64,000 nt of DNA. Origin: Guillardia theta CCMP2712 (taxonomy: Eukaryota > Protista > Cryptophyta). The DNA lies in NCBI RefSeq assembly GCF_000315625.1, contig NW_005434614.1, forward strand, positions 31,253-95,252. The letters are read 5' to 3'. Numbering within the stretch: position 1 is the stretch's first letter; every line of letters begins with the position of its first letter. The notes below the pieces were generated by a model, which saw only the letters and a list, made by a program, of their open reading frames with translations, searched no databases and was not told the DNA's origin. Both the position numbers and the translations under genes were made by a program. Below, piece by piece: positions 1 through 11,479 of this stretch.

Positions 1-209
1 AAGAAGAGTACTGAGGATAGGTTGAGTGGCAGTCTGTCGGGTATAGGTGATAGTAGGGTGAGATGATCTATTTAATGTAGTGCTAATGATCCTTGCAAAT
101 ATTTTGCCGATAGACCTGGAACATTCACAGATGCTTTAGATTCTTTGCTGTTTCGCTACAACGAACTGAGAAAGCAATTCTGCTCGATTGGTTAACTTTG
201 GTTTATTGA

Positions 210-1096
210 TTGCAATATGCAGAGCGTGTCAAGCTCCTCATCCAGACTCAGGATGCCAACCCCAAGATTGCGAGTGGAGAGGTCCCTCGCTACACTGGCA
301 TCGTGAACTGCTTTGTGCGCGTCTCGAACGAGCAGGGTGTCAACTCCCTCTGGCGTGGAAACCTTGCCAACGTTATCCGTTATTTCCCCACCCAGGCCTT
401 CAACTTTGCATTCAAGGATTTCTTCAAGTCAATCTTCCCCAAGTACAATCAGAAGACTCAGTTTTGGCCCTGGTTCGGAGTTAACATGGCTTCTGGTGGT
501 CTTGCCGGAGCTGCCTCCCTCCTCATTGTTTATCCTCTTGATTTTGCTCGTACCCGTCTTGGTGCTGACGTTGGCAAGGGTGCTAACCGTGAGTTCAACG
601 GCCTCGTTGACTGTGTTATGAAGACCGCCAACCGTGGAGGTGTGATGTCACTCTACCAGGGATTCGGAATCTCCGTTGCTGGAATCATCGTGTATCGTGG
701 TGCCTACTTCGGTTTCTATGACAGCGCTGTTGGTGTATTCAAGCCCAACAACGTTCTCATGAAGTTCCTCATCGCTCAAGCTGTTGTTGCCTCCTCTGGC
801 ATTGCTTCCTACCCCTTCGATACTGTTCGCCGTCGTCTCATGATGCAGTCTGGCGCCAAGGAGAGGCTTTACAACGGAACTATTGATTGCTTTGTCAAGA
901 TCTTCCAGAAGGAGGTGAGAAGCATGAATGAAGAAGTTTCGGTTCTAACTGTAAATGGCAGGGTTTTAACGCCTTCTTCAAGGGAGCCGGAGCTAACGTT
1001 TTGCGTGGCATGGGTGGTGCTTTGGTGTTGGTTGGTTATGACAAGATCAAGGAGTTTATCAACCCGGATGCCAAGGGAGGCTCGTCCAGCGAGTAA
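210..1096 (+). CDS. AAC: Mitochondrial ADP/ATP carrier (adenine nucleotide translocator); 5' exon(s) not resolved, intron 915-961
   Basis: [51 protein letters not shown] and RRRLMMQSG signature; after the GT..AG intron the last exon reads [30 protein letters not shown]...SSSE*. Confidence 0.97.
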
Positions 1097-1221
1097 GCTG
1101 ATATCTGCAAATAACTTTTGTTTGTGAGTATGCAAAGCTTGGCAAACAGTTCGAAACGTTCTTGACATAATTTCTTGCATTAATCATTACAGTTTTTTTA
1201 TTGGTTTGAACTTCAGATCAT

Positions 1222-2050
1222 TTATTCGCCCTCTATCTTGATGTATTTGATGGATGACTTTCTCCTTACCATTGCTTTTCTTGACATGAAAATCTGCAAC
1301 ATGTCCTTTAGCGAGTCTACCGCGTAAAACAACACGGATGTTACATGTTTAGCATCGGCAAGTGAAAGTTTGTCGTTCTGGCCGGTTGATCTCTCCTGAC
1401 TGTTTTGTGTATCCACGCTGTCGTTTCGCGTTCTGATATTATGTTGAGAACTCAACTTCTTTCCTCCTGATACCGAAATCTCCTGCAGAATCTCGAAACG
1501 ATTACAAAAACTTTGCAACCTCAATCACAGATACCCTTCCACGCTCGGAGCGAGCATTCCATGCAGATCCAATCACATTCAAACCGTGAAGAGTCATCTT
1601 GTTCTGTTTTAGTCGCATCAGAAAGGACCGAGTTGCATTTTCAGGTACATGGCTGTAATCAAATGTTCGAAGTGTGGAGTTTTGAAGTAGGCTTTCGGCA
1701 AGTAGCTGAGCAACTTCATCTGTTATGCCACAGTTGTGTATGGTGAGAAACTTCAATCTTGTGTTCACTGCGAGAGCTTCTGCAATTTCTGGGAACAGGC
1801 TTGAGGCACCAAAGATCAGTTATCCCACAGCAGAATGTACCATCGTCACCTCTCCATGTTTGCAAGGTTCCATGCAACAGCATCCTCGACCTTGTCATCT
1901 TTGATTGCCTGCAGAAAGTCCTCCGGCGTCTCGAACCATGGCATTGCCTCAAGCTCGCAATCGTTTAGCCGGGGGCCTCGTTTTAGTCTACTTGAGTCTC
2001 TACCTCTGTTGATCCGCGTAATCCTAAATTAGGGTCTCTTCCCTGTCGTC
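1222..2050 (-). CDS. Spliced protein with RNI-like leucine-rich repeat(s)
   Basis: LKFLTIHNCGITDEVAQLLAESLLQNSTLRTFDYS resembles an RNI-type LRR; fragmented ORFs, boundaries approximate. Confidence 0.5.
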
Positions 2051-2569
2051 ATACGAGTCTGTTTCCTGTGGGTGCTGCGACTTTAGCGCTCTATCCTCTC
2101 CCTCCTCCCTCCTCCCTACTTCCTCCTTCCAGCCTCCGCCCTCCTGCTCTTTGATAAACGGAAGAAACAAAAAACAAAAAAGAATATTGTAAAATGTTTG
2201 AAACGGTCTATAACGCTTTGATCTCGCCAACAGCCATATTCGCCATGGCTAAAATTGTTACTGGAGGGGTAGCGGGAGCGCGAGTTTCGATGTCGGTGGA
2301 CGGGGTAGGAGGAGAGGAGGAGGCATGGTGAGAGCAGCAAGATGTAGTAGAAGATCGCAGCCGTCCTGTTGGTTGAGGTTCAGGCTGGTGCGAATGATGC
2401 TGGGGTGGTTTTGTTGGTGTCCCAGAGCAGTCAGAGTTGACCGGGGGAGGGGACAGAAGGAGCAAGGTGATGCTGTACTGGAAGCTAGCATTCGAACTGA
2501 TAGAAGGGGAGGCTTGCATGGGCTGTTTCATCCTACATCAGCTGTCTCATGACTTGTGTCTTCCAGGAC

Positions 2570-3107
2570 ATGCAAGCGAGGACTTGCTTGTGGCTTGTCG
2601 TCTCGCTCCTTCTCTGCCGTCAGGCAGCAGCAGCGAGTTTTGACCCCAACTCTCCTCCGACATCGGACGAGGTGATATCTAGCTGCTGCTCTTCTCCTTG
2701 GCTCAGCTGTTTACGTCTGCTCACCTTCTCCGTGCGTACAGATCTACCTCGACATGCCATGGGGAGGTTCGCCGGTCGTGTCCTCCGAGGTAGGGGCGGA
2801 GCCGCAGGCCATGGATGATCCTGAAACCATGGAGTACACTGCCGGCACGTGCAGAGACCCCCAGGTCTCTCCCACCACCTGCTCACCGGACTGCATGTCG
2901 GCATGCCGATCGCCCCTATGCTCGTTGAACTGCCTCTGCGCTTGCAAGAACGCGGAGCATCGAGCGATGGTGATCGCGTTGCTGAAGGAGAGGATCGTGA
3001 GCTCGCCCATGCTGGCGCAAGAGTTTGTGCGGATAGAGGAGGGTGGCAGGCATGCTCTTGTGGCTCAAGATCGACTGCGCGCAGACTTGGAGCAGACGAA
3101 CGAATGA
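2570..3107 (+). CDS. Small putative secreted Cys-containing protein (spliced)
   Basis: Signal peptide MQARTCLWLVVSLLLCRQAAAA, short GT-AG introns, CRSPLCSLNCLCAC segment. Confidence 0.45.
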
Positions 3108-3299
3108 AGGCGAGCGGACGAGACTGTTCCTAACGCCAAGAGAAGCGAGGAGGAGCAGTGAAGTGCGAGTCAATGTTTGAATCTTGTTGCTTGCACGGTG
3201 GACGGCGAGGGAAGGAGGAGGAGCAGAGAACAACGTGATGACGGCTTGTGTGGATGAGAGTAATCAGTTGCACTCTTGGATCAGAACAATCCCAGGCGA

Positions 3300-6200
3300 T
3301 TGCAGCAAGTATTTGTTCCATAATGTTTTTCATTTGTTGTGAGATTGAAGAAACGAGCTAAACTGAGCTTCTTGCAACTTTTGCCTGTGAGTGCGTCTAG
3401 GTGTAAATTTTCGTCCACGTCTCGGTGTGGGGTGACGAATGGACTCTGTTTGTTTGTATCTGCGACCTCGTCAGGACTAGAGTGTGAACCTGAGGCGTCA
3501 AGCATGTCAGATCTCAGCAACATGAGACGACTCGCAAACCTCCTCCTCCACGCTGCCTCCCCTAACAACCTTCTGAGCAATCTCAAGGGACACCTGAAGG
3601 ACGCGGTGAGGGGGAGGCTGACAGCTCACTGCTCCTCACCTCCGTTCCTTCCTCACCCTTGACAAGCTCCAGGACCTGAAGGAGCGTGAGACGCGCGTGC
3701 CAGCCGCCACATCCTCCTACCTCAGCGAGCGACATGTCGTCCACGACTTGCTCGTTCACTTTGAGCAGGCGGTCCATGACCCGAATCCTCCCGTCCCCCT
3801 CCACGGATCCTCCGCTGTGAATCTTCTTGACGAACACCTTGCCAGTCGCCTCGTGCTTCTCCAGCAGCATGCCGACTCCAGCAGTCTTCCTTCCCCCCAT
3901 GGCGCTGGCTGATTCTCGATCGCGACTCGACGGCGCATGCGCGGGCTGATCGGCGTGCGGCGTTTGAGCCGGCTTCTTGTCGCCTTCTCTTGTCGCTCCA
4001 TCGACGTTTCTCTCCCCATCCTGTTGCGCGTCAACTCTTGCGATTGAGGGAGCAGCGAAGGCGTGCAACATCACCTGCAGAGGAGCTGGAGTACCAGGAA
4101 GGGCAGGAACAGCGGGAGAGACAAGGGGAGGAGCAGCAGAAGGAGCAGCAGAAGGAGCAGGGGAAGGGGCAACAGCAGCAGGCGGAGGAGGAGCAGCAGG
4201 AAGGGAGGGGCCCGAGGCAGGAGACGTATGAGGAGCTTCCTCGTTCTTAGTTTTGAACTCCCTCAACTCCTTCAGTTCGTGAATGAGCACAGCCTGGTGA
4301 ACATGAGGAGGAGCAAAGCGAGGGCTACAGCGTTACCCTGTGCTGGTAAGTCTCTTCCAGCTCAGCTCTGTGGCAAGCCCGTCAGTGCTGCTGCTGCTCG
4401 CCTGCTGCCGGCTCACCTGAGGCCCTGGTTCTCTTTCTCTCGAGCATCGAGCTCGAGGCTGAAGTACTTCTCCGCGTCCTGAAGGTCCTTGAGGTCTGTG
4501 CTCGTCATCCTCGGCTGCAGCTGGTCGCTCACTATCGGAGGTCAAGGAGGGGGAAGCCTACCGGCCCGTCCAGCGCGTCAAGGAGACTCTCGAGCTCACC
4601 GTCTCCTGCTCCCTTGCCGAATCGCAGCAGACGCAACACCTGATTGTGGGAGTGAGAAGAGGAAACGACGACGATGCCTCTCATGCTACAGTTGTACCTC
4701 CTCTGTTCTCGATCGTGGGTATTCCGCGATTGACTTCAAAATCTCGATGAGACGCTCTTTTCCTGTAAGAATTCTTAGCTCTGAATCCTTCATGTTGGTC
4801 ATACAGCCTTCGTCTCACCGAGACCATTTGCGAGCAGCTGATTGACGTTGTGCGCAATCTCTTTATCAAGGAGAGCTTCATCATGTTCGGTGTGTGTAGT
4901 CTTCTTCTGTTGGCTGACTAAAGATCCTTGCGAATTCGCTTGTAATGTCATCTCATCGTTTTCGAACCTTGAGACACCAGGTCAGTCGGGCTTGAAGGAG
5001 TTGTTCAAGCAAGGCGGGGTACAACCTCTCAAGCTTCGCTGGCTTCATTCGCTTGATGAGTTCCTCATGACAATGAAACAACTTCAACTGCATTGGATCG
5101 CATTCAGCACTTTCAAAGTCGACCTGCGCTTCAGAAACACACCTGAAGGTTTGTGAGCCTTGCGGAGAGCAACTGTTCGTTGATGACTCGAAGTCTCTCG
5201 ATGTTGATGGCTTGATTCAACAGCAGCCTGAGCGAGTACTCTAGATCCACACTGTCGACACCATCTGCCGGCCTGTCACTCCCTTTCGGCAAGGAGCAGC
5301 TCTCACCGAAGATGAGCTGCGAATGGTCTCGCGCCAAGAGGAAGAAATCCTCCATCTCACTTGCAGCGCTTGCGTTCGTCCTCCGTACCTAGAGGCACAG
5401 GATCAGGAGCACCTTGGAGACACTTGCTTCAGGCGGCACCTCCACGTCTCTGATCTCTCCGCTCCTGGAGCTCTGCACTGTCAACCTGCACTTGGACCCC
5501 ACCCGGCCATCTCCGTACATGCGCTCGATCAGCTCGTCTTCTCCCATGGACTTCACTGAAGCATCTTCCACTGGCGTTCCACTCTCTCAGACGAGCACAT
5601 CGCAACAGGGACACTACGAGCCTTACCCGCATGTATCAGATCTCCAACCTGCAGCCCGTGGCACAGGTCGGCCACACTCCCAGGAACAACTGAAGTGACA
5701 GTGCAGGATCGAATGGTCCCATCGCCGGCTTTCTCGACTCCTGTCCCATGTGAATCAAACTGATTGGTCGTCAGTGAAGAGATGGGTCACCTATACGGAA
5801 TGCCAGAGTGGTTTCCGTCATGAAAGACCGGCTGATCAGATCCAATGGTTTCTCATGCACGTCACAGATACTGTTCCTGATATCCTGGAGGCTCCCAGAT
5901 TCAAAGAAGAAATCAAGAGACTTCACACTGACCTGTAGGATGGCCAAGGCAGAGCGATCAAGAGCAATATCTGAGTTGCTTCTATCTGCGAACTCATAGA
6001 GACACTTTTGTTCTTCGTGCGTTTCAACTTCGATGTTCCGCTTGATGACAACATCATAGCACGACTTGTCTGGCCTCTGGAATACTAACTTCACCAAACT
6101 GTCCTTGATGCCAGTGAGCAGCTTCTTTACAATCTCTGGCTTTGCCTGATATCATCATCACAATCAATACCTGTTTCCTTCACAAGAAAGTGAGATACCA

Positions 6201-6820
6201 GCTCAACAGGGAACTCGTCGATTCCTAGCAGGATGTCTCCGACCGTGAACGCTGCCCTCCTGCTTCTGTTCGATGCATCTCTCGCATCAACAACATCCTG
6301 TCCTCGTGACAGTCATCGTTTGAACCAGCGCTCGTCAGATACTCTACCTCCACCACGTGAGGGAGCATGTCGGATAGACGAAGTCCGACTGTATACAAGC
6401 TCGTGGACTCGTTCACAGTCTCGCAGTCAACGATGTCTTGCACTCTCGCGCCCTGCTGAGGGCTCGGCGACATGAGCGTGTCTGGTGCTACGAAGTGTGG
6501 CTCCGGGGGATCGAAGCTCGAGCTGCGAGGTCGAGCAAGAGTGAGGGATCGGTGGGAACAGAGGAGGAGAAGGCATCGACCTGGTGTCTGAGATGTAAGA
6601 GTCTTCATCATGCTGGCGCTTCTCCCTGAGACCGTTCATCCTCATTCCTCCCCTGCCTGATGCTGCAGCGCCGTCAAGACTTTGAGGCTGCTATGATCCC
6701 ACTGCCTGTCGGTTACAACATAGTCAGAAATTGACGATTCCTCCCTCCCTGCCTCATCTCTTGTCTTCTCTCCACTGCCTTTCCTCAACTTTCTCCCCTC
6801 TTGACCTGCCTCTAGGCAGT
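3300..6820 (-). CDS. Multi-PDZ-domain coiled-coil protein (many introns)
   Basis: PDZ-like segments GVGMLLEKHEATGKVFVKKIHSGGSVEGDGRIRVMDRLLKVNEQVV (~3620-3880), VKSMGEDELIERMYGDGRVGSKCRLTV (~5430-5650) and VGLRLSDMLPHVV...KLLTGIKDSLVKLVFQR (~6020-6400); ends approximate. Confidence 0.65.
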
Positions 6821-7362
6821 GCACTTGCCCACTCTACTGAAGATAAACGTGTTGAAGAACTAGAGACCAGGATCAATCGAGCTGGGGCGTTCCATAGAAA
6901 TATTCAGAAGGCGATCTGACTCGTGACGGATAAACCGCTGATCACAACCGTGATCACTCCACAAGACAACATTGCCAACAACAGGACACTTGCCCCCTAC
7001 ACACATCTGAGATATTACGTCTCGCCGAAAGTGGAAACATCCTATCATCAACCCACGAGCCACGGATCTCGTTCAACTTTCACACTGACATGTGAGGAGC
7101 TCAGCGGCTCTTGACTTCCTCTCTGTTCTCTTCTACGTGTCCGCCATCCTCGCTCCTGTTCCCTCCCTCTCACCATCCCCTCCCTCGCCTTCTCTTCCTC
7201 TTCTCCTTCCCCTCACCGCATGTAGGCTGCATCCGGCGGCAGCACATTAGGGCCACTTGTCGATAACCCTCATCCCCCGACCGTCGGACTGCCTCCAGAA
7301 CCCGCATCCCACCTCAGACCCATCTGATCCAGCTGATCATCCCCCTCATTCTCCCACATCCC

Positions 7363-7442
7363 TTGGTACCCCACCAGAGGTACTCTACCAGGTACCCCTC
7401 TAGGTACCCGTCTAGGTTACCCTCTAGGTACCCCACCCCCCC
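7363..7442. repeat. Degenerate tandem repeat of ~11-12 bp TCTAGGTACCC units
   Basis: ggtacccc..ggtactct..ggtacccctctaggtacccgtctaggttaccctctaggtacccc. Confidence 0.7.
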
Positions 7443-7950
7443 TGAGCGTTAGATACGAAAAACACACTTTGAAGGGAAGGGACCAAAAATAATAAAATGC
7501 ATTTCGGGGGGGTCTACATAAATAGTTTTAAAAATAGTACCATAATCTAAAATTATTGTTATAAAAACTTTGGTCTCAAGACTTAGAGCTGGCAGTAGGG
7601 TGGGGGTGCAATTGTGTGGTTCAGAGGGGGTGTAAAAATGTCACATAGACGGGGTGGGGTGCTGACTTGATAGGGTGGGGTAGAGGCTTTTATGGGGCGC
7701 TGTCGGGGGGGTATATGATAGGCGAGATTTGTAGTGGAGGAGAAGAGTGGAGCAAAGAACAAAGATACGGGGAGGCGAAGAGGACAGTGGAGAGGGGACA
7801 GGACGAGGACAGCAGAGTAGACAGACAGCAAGGGGCAGTGACACTCACAGACTGCAGCGATAGAGAGCATTGCCATACTCACTCGAAAAAAGAGATTGCA
7901 GGACAACATCTTGAGTGGTTCTGAAAAGAGATATGCACATAGTAACTTAC

Positions 7951-8553
7951 ATGGCGCAGGAGCAGCAGAGGATGCAAAGACATGCCCACCCTTCAGACAA
8001 AGGGGGTGATCGAGTGTCCAGGAAGGGTCACAGCCTGCTTGCTATAAGGTATCAGGTCAGGTCCCTCATGTTCGATCAGAGGCAAAGTTTACATCGCAGA
8101 GTTCTGTCCCATGTCAAAAGACCTCTATGGTTGTATGAGGAAGTCGAGTCGGTGCTTGAAGGAGTGAGTGAAGTTTCATCATGTGTAGTGGGCGTGGATC
8201 GCACAGTGAACGATATCAGCGACTTCCAGCAAGGACACAGGAGACCCTGTACAAAAACCGGCACCACTCGCGTTGGAGGGACTGGTCTACACTTACGGAA
8301 TTTTAGGATCGTGCGACATATCTTAGGGTTTGACGATGGAAGAAGGCTGTGCGCCAAGCATGAGAAGTCATTCAAAGATCAAGGGAAGGAGGTGGATGAA
8401 GGCGACGTTAACGATAAGGTGGAATGGGGGAGAAGTGCAAGTCCGGTGTACGGAATGCACATGGAGCATCACCTTGATCATTGGCTCCCCTTGCACGAAT
8501 GCAGACCACTGCTACAACCTCCCGAAGATTTTGGAACCGTGGAAAAGAGTTGA
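7951..8553 (+). CDS. Hypothetical protein (probably spliced)
   Basis: 212-aa ORF containing several candidate short GT-AG introns; no recognisable domain. Confidence 0.3.
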   Translation: MAQEQQRMQRHAHPSDKGGDRVSRKGHSLLAIRYQVRSLMFDQRQSLHRRVLSHVKRPLWLYEEVESVLEGVSEVSSCVVGVDRTVNDISDFQQGHRRPCTKTGTTRVGGTGLHLRNFRIVRHILGFDDGRRLCAKHEKSFKDQGKEVDEGDVNDKVEWGRSASPVYGMHMEHHLDHWLPLHECRPLLQPPEDFGTVEKS

Positions 8554-8767
8554 TGGAATGCCTGACATATAACAAGAACTAGTGAAGGGGTCGATTTGCG
8601 ATTGATTTTTCGAATGCACAATCAAGTTCTCCTTTTCTCTGACTTAAAATCGTTTTCTGGATAAGACACATTCCTATTCTCTTCTTGCTTCTCAGATTGT
8701 TTCGGCACGTCAGTTGTTATAATCCACATCAAAACTGAATAAAGAAGATTCTTCAGTGCATTTAATG

Positions 8768-10883
8768 TTAACGAGTTGAAGTCCCTCCGAATCCAGTTGA
8801 TCGACGAACCGTACCAGCTGCAGCAACATCATGTCAGCAACACTAGACCACTTAATGCAGATCTAGATCAACGTACTCGAGGTCGAAGATCTCCTCTCCT
8901 CCGCCTCCTGCCTCTGCCTCTCGTTCGACTGCGAGCTCCAGCGTTGGCGAGGATAGCTCTCCTACCCAAAGAGATGAGCACAGAAAGTCTGCACATCGAC
9001 TCATGTAACCTGGTATTGCGTGCTGGTATGATAGGCAGGGCGTCCGCCCCATCCCCATCCTTGGTGACCCCATCCTTTGCAGAAGCTCAGGAAACCACTG
9101 AAGCACCCCTCCTCCTACCTCCATGTCCTCCTGCACCTCCCCATCCGTTACCCCAACCTGAGACTGTGTCTTAGCACCGCTCTCTTGTTTTCTTGCTCCT
9201 CACCCCATCCACCTCCTTGTCTGCCTCCAAACAGGGAGGCAAGCGTTCCTCCGATGGCTGCTCCCGTCCAAAAACCATTTGCACCGCCAAAGAAGCCGTT
9301 GTTCGCCTGGTACGCATGGGATGCACTGTAGGGTGGAGGAGGAGCATGATGGGCGTCTGGGTTGTAGGGGGGTGGCCTTCCTCCATGAGCTCCCGACCCC
9401 CCACTCGCGCCTCCTGAGCTTGATCGCTCTCGCCTGGAGATTTCTCATCGCCAAGTTTTGGATTCAGGCATCTTACATGCAAACAAGAATTCCGATGCCA
9501 ATCAAAACCGCAATTAGAATCCAGAAGGCAAGCGAGTCGTCGTCGGAGCTGTATGGAAACATCCCGTCATAATGGTGCACACACAAGGGCGGCGGCGAAA
9601 GTACGACCTGCCCGTGCTCCTTCTCGAGCCTCGCGATCCATGTCTTGAGTTGTCTTGATGGGGCCGGGAAGTGTCTCCTTGCTTTTCTGAAAGTTTGAGA
9701 TTGGAGTCAACACGGGACAACCTCATGACTCAACACAGCAGAGAGATATTCTATCGCGATTGCAAACTATGTGGGGTTGTTAACTGCTGTGGTCAAACAT
9801 ACTCGTGTAGTGCAAAGAATACTCCAGCCCGCAACTTCCCCTGAGCTTCAGGCGATCCGTCCTGCTGGAGTAACCTGCCACAATCAGAATCAAACATCGC
9901 ATCAGAGCCGTCGGATGTCACATTTGGCAATGATAGCATGCCAAAGCAGCAGTAGCAGCGCCAAAAGGCTCCCGTACCTTCACAATTGACGTTGATTTCT
10001 CCAAGACGAAGGCTTGAGTCGAGATCGACATCACATCTGACATCAAGCTCAAAAAACTCTCATCCTGACGTCGGCAAGCTTGTTCACACCTCCACTGTAC
10101 TTCTCCAAGATCATCTGCTCCTACATTACGACATTGGATCGCGCTAATCTCTTGTGCATGCCTCCTGCGGAACTCAGTCAGGAAAGTAGCGTCGCATATC
10201 GCAAGGAACGCACGAGCAGGCAGGTCCGTTCACGCAAGACAGCTGGGGGACAGGAGCCGCTCTCCTTCCTTGCATGAAGTCCTTGTCATCACGAGTGTCT
10301 TCACAGCACCCTCCATCAACCTGCTGTCATCTTTCCCCTCCTGAAAGTCAAAACCTCGACGTCTCTGAGATCCATGGCGTCCGAATTCACGGCAGCACAG
10401 TGGCAAAGTACGCTGCCATGCAAACCCTCTCAGGGAAACAGCACAGAAGTGCGAAGCATGGAGATCCAAAGAGATATGCAGGTAGGTGGGCAGAGGAAAA
10501 ATGACAACATAGAATCGTCGTCAGCAAGATAATTCAAACCACTTTGTGGGTTCGAAACTTGTACATGCACAAAACAGCCATTGTGGGTTAAAGAGGAATA
10601 AGCAGGGCCACAAAATGAGGATGAACGATGGAAAATTCATGAAATGGTCGCAACGGAGGAGTAGGAAGGAGGAAGGAGGAGGCAGTAGGGAGGCAGTGGT
10701 GGCCTGGGAGCAGGATGAAGGAGGAAGGAGGAACGAGGAAGGAGGAACGAGGGAGAAGGGAGGAGGAAGGAGGAAGGAGGAAGGAGGGAGGAGGGAACGG
10801 AAAAGGATCAGGTGAAGGAGGTGGAGGAGAGCTGCGGGTCTGTACCTGTGCATCAGCGCAAGGCGAAGGAGGAAAACCACCAT
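8768..10883 (-). CDS. SARAF: SARAF/TMEM66 (DUF1183)-like membrane protein
   Basis: Spliced exons read MDLRDVEVLTFRRGKMTAGRRAAPVPQLSCVNG, IQCRNVGADDLGEVQWRC, DLDSSLRLGEINVNCEG, LRGSCGLEYSL, TM FWILIAVLIGIGILV, and C-terminal RRSTGFGGTSTR*. Confidence 0.85.
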
Positions 10884-11479
10884 GGCACAAACCTTGGTAA
10901 GATGGTGGCTAGTGAAATTACCGGTGCATTTTCAAGAGATTGAGGGGGTAGGGGTGATACATTTTTTGTATTCAGGGAGCGATGGCGGGAGTAATGGGGC
11001 GACCAGTAGGAATGGAGGAGGGGAGCGGAGGAAGGGGGGCGGGGGGGCGGAGGGGCGGGGGACGAAGCAGGGAGCAGGGAGGACATCTTGAAGAGGAAAC
11101 GGTGGGAGGAGAAGGCAGGAGGAGAAAGTGTGGGAAACGGGTTTCGGAGGGAAGGAAGAAATATGCGTGTAAAAGGCGTTGTAATCGGGGAATGGCATGC
11201 GAAGGGTGATGGGGGTTGCGAGGGGGGGATGAGGATGGGAGGTGGAATGAGGGGGTTGTAATATGTACATGCAGGAAATGCTGATGAGATTAAGAGCTGA
11301 GAAGAGTTCTATATGCTTCTCATGACAGGTGCAGTAAGGTATGCGGAAGTATGAGTCAAAACCCGCAGACTGGTGAAGCTCGCAATTTTCCTTATCCCTT
11401 TCTATTTCCACCGTTTCCTCTCTTTAATTTCCTCCCCCCGTTGGTGCCACTGTTGCCCTTGAATCGCTTGCCGCTACCA

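Noticed and set aside
6860-7340. Hydrophobic frame VGASVLLLAMLSCGVITVVISGL on the minus strand
   Set aside because: Could be a small membrane-protein gene, but I could not build a consistent exon model
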